From positions 22,320,001-22,384,000 of the forward strand of contig NC_091980.1 in the NCBI RefSeq assembly GCF_044704955.1: a stretch of 64,000 nt of DNA. Reading direction: 5' to 3'. Source of the DNA: Pristiophorus japonicus. Its lineage: Eukaryota. Made by a program: the position numbers and the translations under genes. Positions 23,496 to 36,411 of the stretch are shown here, piece by piece. The notes beneath the pieces were generated by a model. It had not been told where the DNA came from. It searched no databases and was given only the letters and a program-made list of their open reading frames with translations. Within the stretch, counting starts at the first letter, position 1. Every line of letters starts with the position of its first letter.

Positions 23496-26400
23496 ACATA
23501 AGAACATAAGAACTATGAGCAGGAGTAGGCCATTTGGCCCCTCGAGCCTGCTCCACCATTTATTAAGATCATAGCTGATCTAATCATGGACACAGCTCCA
23601 CTTCCCTGCCCGCTCCCCAAAACATTTATTCCATTATCACTCAAAAATTTGTCGATCTCCACCTTATATATTCAGTGACCCAGCCTCCACAGCTCTCTGG
23701 GGCAGAGAATTCCATAGATTTGCAACCCACTGAGAGAAGAAATTCCTCCTCATCTTAGTTTTAAATGGGTGGCCTCTTATTCTGAGACTATGTCCCCTAA
23801 TTTTAGTTTTCCCTACGAGTGGAAATATTCTCTCTGCATCCACCTTGTTGAGCACCTTCATATTATCTTATATGTTTCGATAAGATCACCTTTCATTCTT
23901 CTGAAATCCAATGAGTATAGGCCCAACCAACTCAACCTATCTTCATAAGTTAACCCCCTCATCTCTAAAATCAACAGAGTGAACCTTCTCTGAGCTAAAT
24001 TAAAATATAGGACCTCAAAAGTAGTAATCTCAGGATTGCTACCAGTGCCACGTGCTAGTCAGAGTAGGAATTGCAGGATAGCTCAGATGAATACGTGGCT
24101 TGAGCAGTGGTGCAGCAGGGAGTGATTCAAATTCCTGGGGCATTGGAACCGGTTCTGGGGGAGGTGGGACCAGTACAAACCGGACGGTCTGCACCTAGGC
24201 AGGACCGGAACCAATGTCCTAGGGGGAGTGTTTGCTAGTGCTGTTGGGGAGGAGTTAAACTAATGTGGCAGGGGGATGGGAACCAATGCAGGGAGACAGA
24301 GGAAAACAAAAAGGAGACAAAAGCAAAAGACAGAAAGGAGATGAGTAAAAGTGGAAGGCAGAGAAGTCCAAGGCAAAAAACAAAAAGGGCCACTGAATGT
24401 AATGGGGCTGCAGGAGGGGTCAAAACTAAAAATTATGGTTTAAAAACTAGTATTAAAACACTCTACCTAAACGCACGCAGCATTCAAAATAAAGTAAATG
24501 AGTTGACGGCACAAATCATTACAAATGGGTATGATTTGGTGGCCATTACAGAAACGTGGTTGCAGGGTGGCCAAGACAGGGAATTAAACATACAGGGGTA
24601 TCTGATGATTCGGAAAGATAGACAAGAAGGGAAAGGAGGTGGGGTAGCTCTGTTAATAAAGGAAAGATATCAGGGTAGTTGTGAGAGAGGATATTGGCTC
24701 AAATGAACAAAATGTTGAATCATTGTGGGTGGAGATTAGAGATAGTAAGGGGAAAAAGTCACTGGTGGGCGTAGTTTATAGGCCCCCAAATAATAATTTC
24801 ACAGTGGGGCGGGCAATAATCAAGGGAATAATGGAGGCATGTGAAAAAGGAACGGCAGTAATCATGGGGGATTTTAACCAACATATCGATTGGTCAAATT
24901 AAATCGCACGGGGTAGCCTGGAGGAGAAATTCATAGAATGCATACGGGATTGTTTCTTAGAACAGTATGTTACAGAAACTAAAGGGAGCAAGCTATCTTA
25001 GATCTGGTCCTGTGCAATGAGACAGGAATAATAAACAATCTCCTAGTAAAAGATCCTCTCGGAATGAGTGATCACAGTATGGTTGAATTTGTAATACAGA
25101 TTGAGGGTGAGGAAGTAGTGTCTCAAATGAGCATACTGTGCTGAAACAAAGGGGACCACTGTGGGATGAGGGCAGAGTTGGCTAAAGTAGACTGGAAACA
25201 CAGACTAAACGGTGGCACAATTGAGGAACAGTGGAGGACTTTTAAGGAGCTCTTTCAAGTGCTCAAACAAAAATATATTCCAATGAAAAAGAAGGACGGT
25301 AAGAGAAGGGATAACCAGCCATGGATAACTAAGGAAATTAAGGAGAGTATCAAATTAAAAACCAATGCTTATAAGGTGGCCAAGGTTAGTGGGAAAATAG
25401 AAGATTGGGAAAATTTTAACCGACAGCAAAGAATGACTAAGAAAGCAATAAAGAAAGGAAAGATAGATTACGAAGGTAAACTTGCGCAAAACATAAAAAC
25501 AGATAGTAAAAGCTTTTACAGATGTATAAAGCGGAAAAGAGTGACTAAAGTAAATGTTGGTCCCTTAGAAGATGAGAAGGGGGATTTAATAATGGGAAAT
25601 GTGGAAATGGCTGAGATCTTAAACAATTATTTTGCTTCGGTCTTAACTGTGGAAGACACAGAAACCATGCCAGAAATTGCTGGTCACAGGAATCTGGGAA
25701 GGAAGGACCTGGAGACAATCACTATCACTAGGGGGATAGTGCTGGACAGGCTAATGGGACTCAAGGTAGACAAGTCCCCTGGTCCGGATGAAATGCATCC
25801 CAGGGTATTAAAAGTGATGGCGGAAGTTATAGCAGATGCATTTGTTATAATCTACCAAAACTCTCTGGACTCTAGGGAGGTACCAGTGGATTGGAAAGCA
25901 GCTAATGTAACGCCTCTGTTTAAAAAAGGGGGCAGACAAAAGGCAGGTAACTATAGGTCGGTTAGTTTAACATCTGTAGTGGGGAAAATGCTTGAAACTA
26001 TCATTAAGGAAGAAATAGCAGGACATCTAGATAGGAATAGAGCAATCAAGCAGACGCAGCATGGATTCATGAAGGGGAAATCATGTTTAGCTAATTTACT
26101 GGAATTCTTTGAGGATATAACAAACAAGCATGGTGGATAGAGGTGTACCGATGGATGTGGTGTATTTAGATTTTCAAAAGGCATTCGATAAGGTGCCACA
26201 CAAAAGGTTACTGCAGAAGATAGAGGTACACGGGGTCAGTGGAAATGTATTAGCATGGATAGAGAATTGGCTGGCTAACAGAAAGCAGAGAGTCGGGATA
26301 AATGGGTCCTTTTCGGGTTGGAAATCGGTGGTTAGTGGTGTGCCACAGAGATTGGTGCTGGGACACAACTGTTTACAATATACATAGATGCCCTGGAAGA

Positions 26401-27596
26401 GGGGACAGAGTGTAGTGTAACAAAATTTGCAGATGACACAAAGATTAGTGGGAAAGCAGGTTGTGCAGAGGACACAGAGAGGCTGCAAAGAGATTTAGGT
26501 AGGTTAAGCAAATGGGCTAAGGTTTGGCAGATGGAATACAATGTCGGAAAATGTGAGGTCATCCACCTTGGGAAAAAAAACAAAAAAAGGGAATACTATT
26601 TGAATGGGGAGAAATTACAACATGCTGCGGTGCAGAGGGACCTGGGGGTCCTTGTGCATGAATCCCAAAAAGTTAGTTTGCAGGTGCAGCAGGTAATCAG
26701 GAAGGCGAATGGAATGTTGGCCTTCATTGCGAGAGGGATGGAGTACAAAAGCAGGGAGGTCCTTCTGCAACTGTATAGGGTATTGGTGAGGCCGCACCTG
26801 GAGTACTGCGTGCAGTTTTGGTCGCCTTACTTAAGGAAGGATATATTAGCTTTGGAGGGGGTACGGAGACGATTCACTCGGCTGATTCCGGAGATGAGGG
26901 GGTTACTTTATGATGATAGATTGAGTAGACTGGGTCTTTACTCATTGGAGTTCAGAAGGATGAGGGGTGATCTTATAAAAACATTTAAAATAATGAAAGG
27001 GATAGACAAGATAGAGGCAGAGAGGTTGTTTCCACTGGTCGGGGAGACTAAAACTAGGGGCACAGCCTCAAAATACGGGGGAGCCAATTTAAAACCGAGT
27101 TAAGAAGGAATTTCTTCTCCCAGAGGGTTGTGAATCTGTGGAATTCTCTGCCCGAGGAAGCAGTTGAGGCTAGCTCATTGAATGTATTCAAATCACAGAT
27201 AGATAGATTTTTAACCAATAAGGGAATTAAGGGTTATGGGGAGCGGGCGGGTTAGTGGAGCTGAGTCCACGGCCAGATCAGCCATGATCTTTTTGAATGG
27301 TGGAGCAGGCTCGAGGGGCTAGATGGCCTACTCATGTTCCTAATTCTTATGTTCTTATGTTATGTTCTTATGTTGAACAACTTCCAATGCAAGTATATCC
27401 TTCCTTAAATATGGAGACCAAAACTGTACGCAGTACTCAAGGTGTGGCCTTATCAATACCTGTCCAGTTGTAGCAGGACTTCACTGCTTTTATACTCTTT
27501 CCCCCTTGCAATAAAGGCCAACAGTCCATTTGCCTGATTAATTGCTGTACCTGCTCAAGGACCCCCAGGTCCCTCTGTTTTGCAGCACTTTGCAAG
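23496..27596 (-). mobile_element. CR1 3' fragment (23496-23990 plus 27374-27596) inserted at the exon 1 donor
   Basis: TSD TTAGA at 23491-23495 and 27597-27601; the two halves are collinear. Confidence 0.88.
23993..27373 (+). mobile_element. Long CR1: ORF1 esterase C-terminus plus nearly complete, disrupted ORF2 (APE endonuclease + RT)
   Basis: VVISGLLPVP...DGLHL (SGNH-type ORF1); YLNARSI, ITETWL, GGGVAL, YRPP, MGDFN; RT motifs; (TTATGTTC)n tail. Confidence 0.95.
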
Positions 27597-28085
27597 TTAG
27601 AGTAAGTAATATTTTTACTGATGCTCTCCTTCTTTACTTAAATTATAAATCTGACACATGTTGGTTTAGATAAGCTTAGTGGTGCACTTATTTGCCATGA
27701 ATGATGTTTACACATTATTAATGATGTTTACACATGATTTCTGAGATCTTAAATGATGTTTCTGCACTTCGATGTCTTCCTCATGAACCATGTACAACTT
27801 CCAGGGCCATTAAACAGAGGACTGTATTAAATGCACACATATGTTATAAGTGCTTTGATGGCTGTCTGTGTGTGCCACAAGAGCAGATGGGCCCATTCCC
27901 ATTGTCATCTTTGCAGGGAAAGATGACCCACAACCGCCAAGAGCAGCGGCGGACAGGCGGCGGTCCATCCCAAAGCACGTCTCTGACAGACGTTGAGGAG
28001 AGAGTGGCAGGTCTGATTGGTGCCTCAGGGAGGGCAACTGCCCATGGGTTGCTGTGACCCCATTTGAAGTCCTGCAAAATCCTTG

Positions 28086-28405
28086 GGCTGGGTTAGGGCT
28101 ATATGATGTAGAGTCTCTGGTCTAGGTTTTGGACAATGTGATGTAGTGTCTGTGGACTAGGTTAGGGCTATATGATGTAGTGTCTGTGGATTAGGTTTGG
28201 GGCAATGTGATGTAGTGTCTGTGGATTAGGTTTGGGGCAATGTGATGTAGTGTCTGTGGACTAGGTTTGGGGCAATGTGATGTCGTGTCTGTGGACTAGG
28301 TTAGGGGCAATGTGATGCAGTGTCTGTGAATTAGGTTAGGGGCAATGTGATGCAGTGTCTGTGGACTAGGTTTGGGGTAATGTGATGTAGTGTCTGTGCT
28401 CTAGG
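28086..28405 (+). repeat. 35-bp minisatellite (about 9 copies) in intron 2 of the Harbinger A Myb gene
   Basis: Unit GGACTAGGTTTGGGGCAATGTGATGTAGTGTCTGT; one further unit at 30623-30656. Confidence 0.92.
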
Positions 28406-30622
28406 TGTAGGGGAGGAAGAAAACCCCCTCATTTTACCCAGAAGGAAAAGATGCTGTGGGATCTGTCTGTGCTGCGATGTGAATTGAAACCGAGACGGTT
28501 TGACCTTGGCAGAGCAGTGATTGGATGGGGGAGGACACCGGAGGGCCAATGGTGGGACAGGGTCAGCCCGAAGCATGGGGCTTTCAAGCCATCTGGAGAG
28601 CACTTGCTTGAAAACTGTGGGACTGACCCATCGCCATTATCGGGCTATTATCTTCCCCATGTTTACACTATGGAAGGAAATTATGCAAACCTTCAGAAAA
28701 TAAGGAAACCCAAAACAACCCAAAGGGCCTACACAATGGCTACAGGAGGCCAATGCAATCAACACCCACTCAAACATTGAGCAGGTTAACATCAGTGGAA
28801 AAAACCCGCAATAATCTAAAACTGCTGCATTTTTCAAAATCACAAAGCCCACTAATGGGAAGGATCGATTTCAGCAGAAGAGGCGGACTGGATAATCTGG
28901 CTATAAAAAGGGGTTTCTGACACATTGTGTGTGGTTCCCTGCTCTCGTGATTCAACAACCAGTAAGCCTCTCGACACTGAAGAAAACCAGTGTCCGAAGA
29001 CACTGAAGATAGAAGAAACAAACCACCAGACTGCAGAAGGCACAGTAGTGAGTATAGAAACATAGAAATATAGAAACATAGAAAATAGTTGCAGGAGTAG
29101 GCCATTTGGCCCTTCTAGCCTGCACCGCCATTCAATGAGTTCATAGCTAAATATGCAACTTCAGTACCCCTTCCTGCTTTCCTGCCATACCCCTTGATCC
29201 CCCTAGTAGTAAGGACTTCGTCTAACTTCCTTTTGAATATATTTAGTGAATTGGCCTCAACAACTTTCTGTGGTAGAGAATTCCACAGGTTCACCACTCT
29301 CTGGGTGAAGAAGTTTCTCCTCATCTCGGTCCTAAATGGCTTACCCCTTATCCTTAGGACTGTGACCCCTGGTTCTGGACTTCCCCAACATTGGGAACAT
29401 TCTTCCTGCATCTAACCTGTCTAAACCTGTCAGAATTTTAAACGTTTCTATGAGGTCCCCTCTCATTCTTCTGAACTCCAGTGAATACAAGCCCAGTTGA
29501 TCCCGTCTTTCTTGATAGGTCAGTCCCACCATCCAGGGAATCAGTCTGGTGAACCTTCGCTGCACTCCCTCAATAGCAAGAATGTCCTTCCTCAAGTTAG
29601 GAGAACAAAACTGTACACAATACTCCAGGTGTGGCCTCACCAAGGCCCTGTACAACTGCAGCAACACCTCCCTGCCCCTGTACTCAAATCCCCTCGCTAT
29701 GAAGGCCAACATGCCATTTGCTTTCTTAACCGCCTGCTATACCTGCATGCCAACCTTCAATGACTGATGTACCATGACACCCAGGTCTCGTTGTACCTCC
29801 CCTTTTCGTAATCTGTCACCATTCAGATAATAGTCTGTCTCTCTGTTTTTACCACCAAAGTGGATAACCTCACATTTATCCACATTATACTTCATCTGCC
29901 ATGCATTTGCCCACTCTCCTAACCTATCCAAGTCACTCTGCAGCCTCATAGCATCCTCCTCGCAGCTCATACTGCCACCTAACTTAGTGTCATCCGCAAA
30001 TTTGGAGATACTACATTTTTAATCCCCTCGTCTAAATCATTAATGTACAGTGTAAACAGCTGGGGCCCCAGCACAGAACCTTGTATAACCTCTGGTCCCC
30101 GGAACTCCCAACTCAGTTAGGCCAGGAAAGGTAGGAGGTTGGGCATTGTACTGCTAAACTTGTGTAAAGATTTTTGTTGTGTCCGTTTAGTGGGATTTAG
30201 GGGGATTGTTTTGTTGGTGTATTGCTGTTTGTTGAGATACACCTTGTCAAATAAATTGGAAGCCTAAGTTCCTCTTGGAATCACCTTGTCTCAGTTCTAT
30301 TGTATTACATCTCCTGATCGTGAGTCTTATGTCAGAACAGTGTAAGGGAAGCTAGGAGCACCTCGAAAATGCTCAACTGTGTGTCACAGGCTAGGGAAGA
30401 AGGGATTAGGAGTGTTTGACACTCACAGGTGCCTCACAGGCTAGGCATAAGCTGTGGGGATGCATGAGTCTCAAAAACCTCCTTCATAAGCTGTGGACAC
30501 AGTCTCTCCAGGGGTGCTCTTGCAGCACTCAGGGTACCTCATGGGCCAGGCATAAGCTGTGAGGGCAGAAGCCCAGAGAGAGACACCCAAGGCACAACAG
30601 CACTCCCCGAGAACCCTTTACA
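28406..30622 (+). mobile_element. Solo LTR (about 1.2 kb after removing the nested CR1)
   Basis: TGTAGGGG...CCCTTTACA termini; 4-bp TSD TAGG; CTATAAAA at 28901; AATAAA at 30250. Confidence 0.82.
29057..30082 (-). mobile_element. CR1 3' fragment within the solo LTR
   Basis: TSD GTATA (29052-29056 / 30083-30087); RT C-terminal ORFs; (CATAGAAA)n tail. Confidence 0.92.
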
Positions 30623-31813
30623 TAGGTTTGGGGCAATGTGATGCAGTATCTCTGGACGACATATAATGCAGTAGCGGCGCTCCTTCAAATGAGCCTGTGC
30701 TATGTGATCTGACTCACGTCACCCTGCCCCCTCCCCTGCTGCTAACTAATTGTATGTTTTTTTCTATTTCCAGATGAGGAATCGCATGCGCCACATCCTC
30801 CAATGGAAGCCTCCACCTCAGATGTGGGAGGGAGGATCGGATGAGGGCGAGGACAAAGACGAGGACGAGGAACTTCAAGGAGAGCAGCAGAACAAGCAGC
30901 CTATTCCGGTGGGTGGGAGGGGGCCGATGTTTCCCCAGATAGCACCTCATCCGAGGAAGAAACACTCGCGGGCTTTGAGACATCTGAGGCCCCGGGTACA
31001 AGTGGCGTGCAGCAACGCACCAAAGGGTTTGAATCCCATATGCCGTCTCTCTGGAGGGCGAGTTGGCAAAGCCGTTCTGCTGACAGACAGGCAAACGCAC
31101 ACTTGGATAGGGTGGGACTGTCCAGGGAGAACGGTTAGCTCACCTGACAGCTTTTAGAGTTATCGGGTAGTATTCCCGCAAGCATCGCGACACTATCTGC
31201 GACCATGACGGAGGTCGGGTCACAGATTGTCTGTGCGAGCCGCGAAACTTGCGAGGCTATCACTGTCCACGTGGAATTGATGGCCTCCATTTTTGACACT
31301 GCAGTCCTCAGTGTCACACCCAGACCCACATCATCTGTGAGTGGTGAGGCCGAGCAAGAGGTTCTCCACTCAGAAGCCGGGCCTTCCATACCCCGAGCTT
31401 CTCCAGGAGATCCAAACATGGCATCTCCATTCTCTCTCCCCCCCCCTAATACAGCAGGACTCTGGCCGCCTTGCTGCATGAACCCTTGGTGCCACCTTGA
31501 GTAGGGTCATGACACGAGGGAGGGGGAGGGAGAGCCGGACGCAAAAGACATTCGGTGCAGGGGTTGTTGTTTGGTTATTGTTGTTATTTTATAAACGTTT
31601 TAAAAAGATTCCCAATTCTACTAAGTTATAAAAGTTCACGATAATGGATAATAAACGTTATTCCAGTTTCTCAATTACCTTTACAATGTTTAATACATTA
31701 TTTTGTTCACCTTAACCATTCCTGTGTAGTGTCTCATTTGCAGAATAAGAGGGGGAATAGTCAACATGGTGGGATAGAGTGGCCAGGCAACGGTCAAACA
31801 TGCCGTTCACTCT

Positions 31814-32951
31814 TCAAACATAGCGTTGAATTATGAGCTGCTGGCGTAAGGTTTTTACAGTGGCGAAAGCACCACGAGGCCTCCCCTGTGTTGGTGAGGG
31901 CATGGTTTAATAGCCAAGCTCCTTCTCATCATCCTCCTCCTCGTCCTCCTCCCCGTCCTCCTCCTCATCCTCCTCCTCATCCTCCCCCTCCTCCTCCTCC
32001 TTCTCATCGCCCTCTTCCTCCCCGCCTCTCTCCTAAAGTGGTCCTGCAGTCCCCAGTGGCAAATTCTGTTCGATCATGATGGCTAAGTTGTGTAGCATAC
32101 AGCACACCACAATGAACTCAGAGATCTGCTATAGGGAGTATTGCAGGCAGCCTCCAGAGTGGTCCAGGCATCGGGAGTGCTGCTTGACCTCTCTAATTGT
32201 CTGTTTGACAATGTCGCATGTGGCTATACGGCTGTCATTATAGAAATACTCGGCTTCTGTCTGAGGATTCCGGAGGGGGTCATGAGCCAGGTGGCGAGGC
32301 CATAACCTTTAACCTCCAGCATCCAGCAATGGCCTTCTGGTTGACGCTCAAACAGGCATGAGACACTGCTCTCACGCAAGATGAAAGCATCATGGATGCT
32401 CCCTGGATATTGGACATTGACTGCCATGATACGCAGAGTATGGTCGCAGACGATTTGTACATTCATGGAGTGGAATCGCTTTCGTTTTCTGAAAAACTCT
32501 GGATTGAGTAAGGGTGCTTGCAGGGTGATGTGCATACAGTCAATGGCACCCTTAACCTTGGGGAAGCCAGCAATTCATCCAAAACCTACAGCCCTCTCAT
32601 TCTGTGCCTCCTTGGTCACTGGGAAGTTTATGAAGTCCATCTGTGTGTGTACAGTGCATTAGTCACCTGGCGAATGCAACAATGTGTATCGTGCTGCGAG
32701 ATGTAGCATATGTCCCCCACTGATGCCTGAAAGGAGCCGGGGGCATAGAAGGCAAGTGCCGCAGTCATCGTCACCTCCATGGGCAGTGCAGTCCTGTTGT
32801 TGCTGGTAGATTGTAAGTCTGCTTGTAGGAGCTGGCTTATCTCTGTGACCCCCTTTTCGGAAGCACAGCCCTCTAATGCATTGTGCCTCAGAGAGCTGCC
32901 GGTATGAGCGATGTTCCCTGTAATCTCGTGGGGGCAAGGCCTCCTCCCCAT
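31814..32951 (-). pseudogene. Harbinger A transposase (HARBI1-like DDE nuclease), disrupted
   Basis: ALAFYAPGSFQ, GFPKVKGAIDCMHI, RKRFHSMNVQIVCD, YPGSIHDAFIL, VCCMLHNLAI, acidic tail, LRQQLI; stop at 31814. Confidence 0.92.
31920..32032 (+). repeat. (CCT)n low-complexity tract encoding the transposase poly-Glu tail
   Basis: Imperfect CCT repeats, read as GAG/GAA/GAT on the minus strand. Confidence 0.85.
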
Positions 32952-33330
32952 ACGTCTATGACATCTTCGATTACACTCAAAGGGTTAACAGGATCCTGAG
33001 TGCTATCCATCGTCAATGATACAGGCATGATAAGAGAATCCTGAGCACTACCAATCACCATCACTATGGGCATGGCTAATAGGATCCTGAGTGCTATCCA
33101 TGTGTTGGAAACTTGCTCTTGAAACATGAATTTTGCTCTTCTTGAGGAGCTCTACGGTCTGTTGGAACCTTTGGAGATCACCAAGTTCTTCACAGAGGTC
33201 GACACCATTAATGTCAGACCCTCTTGACCGCAGCGTCCCCCCTGACGATGGTGCCCTGGGTAGTTGCTCACGTTGCCCACCTATAAATATGGCCACGAGC
33301 CCAGGTAGCATTGTGGTGAATCTGCACCAA

Positions 33331-33885
33331 TGCAAATATATCCTTTCTAAGGTGCGGTGCTCAGGAATGTACACTGTACTCCAGATGTGTTCGAACAGGT
33401 TTTGTATAGCTGAGGTAAAATTTCCTCTCCTTTATATTCTAGTCCTCTAGTTATCAAGGCCAACATTCCATTAGCCGTTTTGATAATTTTTTGTACCTGA
33501 CTATTAGTGATTAGTGCACATGGACCCCTAAATCTCTTTGGAACTCCACTATTGCTCGCTTTTCACCATTTAAAAAAAAGTCTTGATCTATCCTTATTTG
33601 CTCCAAAATGGATGACCTCATATTTACCTGCATTGAGATCCATTTTCGGAGATGGGTGATGTTACGGACTCAACCACGGCAATCGAATGTTAAATTTCAT
33701 AGCAAAAATAATAGAATATAAGACAGAGCAGGGAGTGAACAAACTCTATCGTGCTCTGGTTAGACTAGACCTTGATTGCTATGAAACAAGTAAGCCAATC
33801 CACTGAAGATAAGAGCTACAAGGCACATCCCTAGTGTCAGGAGTTTGAGTCATAAGAAAAAAATGTGGATAAATCTGGGATTTTC
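33331..33885. mobile_element. Old CR1 remnants (- strand 33331-33645, + strand 33690-33885)
   Basis: Degenerate matches to the CR1 RT C-terminal region. Confidence 0.6.
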
Positions 33886-34632
33886 AGCCAAGAATTGTGG
33901 GACTAGATATCCCTGGCGGCTCTCCCAATTGTCCAATGTAATGAGGGATCAAAATGTAACAACGGCCAAACATACAGGAAAAGGAATAGAATGTCCTGCA
34001 AAGTGCTTCGGTGGAGAACAGGAGATGGTTAAATGGCAGAGATGATATTTGCATGAGAAAAAAGCAGAATTAAATAGCGAAATAAATTGGCACTACAATT
34101 AGCCTTGAGGTCGAACTATTCAGGACAAAGGTAACCTGCTGTTTTTTCTGGCTATGTATGGTGAGGGTATTATCTGAATGAATGCCATCCAAATGAATTG
34201 TGATCAAAGAGATTTTGCATTTGAACAACACCTTGAAGAAAAGTATTGAAGTCACTTATGAAGCTCTCCTGATTGAAGAAAGAGTAGATGCTTAATCAAC
34301 TACCTAATTTCTTGGCTAACAGAGCAATGGAGAATCATTCCATGTCACACATGCTTGAGTGAAATATTAGCCAGTCGTCAGACTAATTGCAAATGAGAGA
34401 TTCAACCACAGAAAAAAAGCTTTAATTAATCACCGTATGAGATGGATCCACCTGCTAATAAAAGAAAACTTGCAAAACCTTCAGGAATAAAATAAAATTG
34501 GAATCTTTTACCAACTTGACAGTCACCTTTTCTGGAGATGATGAAGCTTTGAAGGGCTGTTGTGAAACGATCAAGAAATATTAAGTATAATTTAAATAAA
34601 TTCTATTTAAAGATATACTTAAGTTAAAGTTT

Positions 34633-35124
34633 ATCATCATCATAGGCAATCCCTCGGAATCATGAGTTCTTAGGTGGCTGTACAATCCAATACGAGAACC
34701 ACAGTCTCTCTCACAGGTCGGACAGATAGTCATTGAGGGAAAGGGTGGGCAGGGAGCTTGGTTTGCCGTATGCTCCTTCCGCTGCCTGCGCTTGATTTCT
34801 GCATGCTCTCGGCGATGATACTTGAGGAGCTCAGCGCCCTCCCGGATGCATTTCCTCCTCTTAGGGCGGCCTATGGCCAAGGACTCCCAGGTGTCAGTGG
34901 GAATGTCGCACTTTATCAGGGAGGCTTTGAGGGTGTTCTTGTAACGTTTCCTCCACCCGCCTTTGGCTTGTTTGCCGTGGACGAGTTCCGAGTAGAGCGC
35001 TTGCTTTCGGAGTCTTGTGTCTGATATGCGGACAATATGGCCTGCCCAGCGGAGCTGATCAAGTGTGGCCAGTGCTTCAATGCTGGAGATGTTGGCCTGG
35101 ACGAGGACGCTAATGTTTGTCCTC
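34633..35124 (-). mobile_element. RTE/BovB-like 3' end
   Basis: QLRWAGHIVR...CPTC..SH; (ATG)n tail. Confidence 0.9.
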
Positions 35125-35694
35125 CCACAGCACAGAAGGAAGCCATTTGGTCCATCATGTCTGTACCGGCTCTTTGAAAGAACAATCCAATTAGTCCCAT
35201 TCCCCCGCTCTTTTCCCATAGCCCTGCAATTTTCTCCCCTTCAAGTAGTTATTCAATTCCCTTTTGAAAGTTACGATTGAATCACCACCCTTTCAGGCAG
35301 TACCTTCCAGATCACAACAAATCGCTGCGTAAAAAAAATAATAATTCTCCTCATCTCACTTGTGGCTCTTTTGCCAATTCTCTTACCTGTGAGTTCTCAG
35401 GTTACCCACCCTTTGCCAGTGGAAACAGTTTCTCATCATTTACTCTATCAAAACCCTTCATGATTTAGAAAGCCAAATTTTCTCTTAACCTTCTTTGCTC
35501 CAAGTAGAACAATCCCGGCTTCTCCAGTCTCTCCACCGAATTAAAGTCCCTCATCCCTGGTATCATTCTCATAAATATCCTCTGCACCCTCTCCAGGCCT
35601 TGACATTCTTCCTAAAATGTGGTGCCCATAATTGGACACAATACTCCAGCTGGGGCCTAACCAGTGATTTATACAGGTTCAGCATAACTTCCTT
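35125..35694 (-). mobile_element. CR1 3' fragment (second subfamily)
   Basis: Homologous to 11700-12287 in reverse. Confidence 0.85.
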
Positions 35695-35858
35695 ATGAGC
35701 ACTTGGACAAATGTTTCATCTTTCAATGCAAAACAAATTACATATTGTATGATAAATAACGCGAAGTGGCTTAAGGTCAGAGTGCTTCTTCAACATGCAG
35801 ATTAATTTGTTGATTCTCAATGTTATGAGAAAAGATTAAGAGTTGATGCTTGTTACAT

Positions 35859-36411
35859 CAGCGGTCCCGGCCTGCAAGGCCATCAGCAGGCCGGGGCCAT
35901 TGGAGAGAGCAGCGTGTGGTGGCAAACCACTGCAGGGAGTAGCGCGTGCTGCTGCAGGAGGGCGACGGCAGTGAAGCCAGGTCGCTGATTGCAGTGCGGG
36001 CAGGCACAGCAGGAGGGGCGAAGGAGCGGCAAGAGTCTGTAGAAGGAAGTGACCGGGGCCCAGGAGAGGCGTGAATCTGGAGCCCAGAAGAGGCAAGGGC
36101 CCAGGGGCAGTACAGGCCAGCCCACACTGCGCAATGTGTGTGTGCTCGGTCTGTGCAACAGAGCTGGTCTCCAGTTAGTCTTGGGTAATCCTTGCCACTG
36201 GACCAAGACCTAGCTCTGTCAAGCCCATGTGATGGCTGGTGTGCAACAGCCACCATCCGTTAAAAAATTCCAAGCGCAGACATCTTCCACCCTTCACAAT
36301 ATATTTCGGGATCTGGAATATTGGGTCCTTCATTGAAACACCTAGGAACTCATCCCTTTTTTGGCGTGGAAGCAAGTCATCCCTCCTTCGAGGGACTGCC
36401 TAAGATGATGA
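35859..36411 (+). mobile_element. Non-autonomous RTE-derived retroelement (GC-rich head plus RTE 3' tail)
   Basis: 8-bp TSD TGTTACAT; 3' end gtggaagcaagtcatcc..gagggactgcctaa(GAT)n shared with the RTE copies; no RT sequence. Confidence 0.8.

Larger units (their letters stand above)
23255..31540 (+). pseudogene. Harbinger A Myb/SANT gene (exon 1 23255-23495, exon 2 from 27917, exon 3 from about 30774)
   Basis: RGRTFSNEANKALV...IWTSITEEV...QCRKSFND; GTAAGT donor at 27602; ttgcag|GKMTHNRQEQRRTGGGP; acidic third exon; frameshifts. Confidence 0.8.
22904..33320. mobile_element. Harbinger A: degenerate two-gene element, right TIR not found
   Basis: Left TIR-like cGGCTAGAATTTC; Myb/SANT gene (+) and transposase (-) convergent; several nested insertions. 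Confidence 0.85.

Noticed and set aside
28086-28405. 35-bp periodic array as a CRISPR
   Set aside because: Units are contiguous with no unique spacers: a minisatellite.
31888-32079. Proline-rich extensin-like ORF
   Set aside because: Opposite-strand reading of the transposase poly-Glu tract.
31814-32951. Host HARBI1 gene (also considered for 43398-44319 and 58563-60880)
   Set aside because: Stops, frameshifts, a paired Myb gene and TIRs show these are transposon copies, not the domesticated gene.
32990-33101. CRISPR-like repeat-spacer pattern (AGGATCCTGAGTGCTATCCAT recurring at about 45-bp period)
   Set aside because: Only three units, the middle one degenerate; the spacers share GGCATG, so this is a decayed tandem duplication at the transposase 5' end; eukaryotic context and no cas genes.
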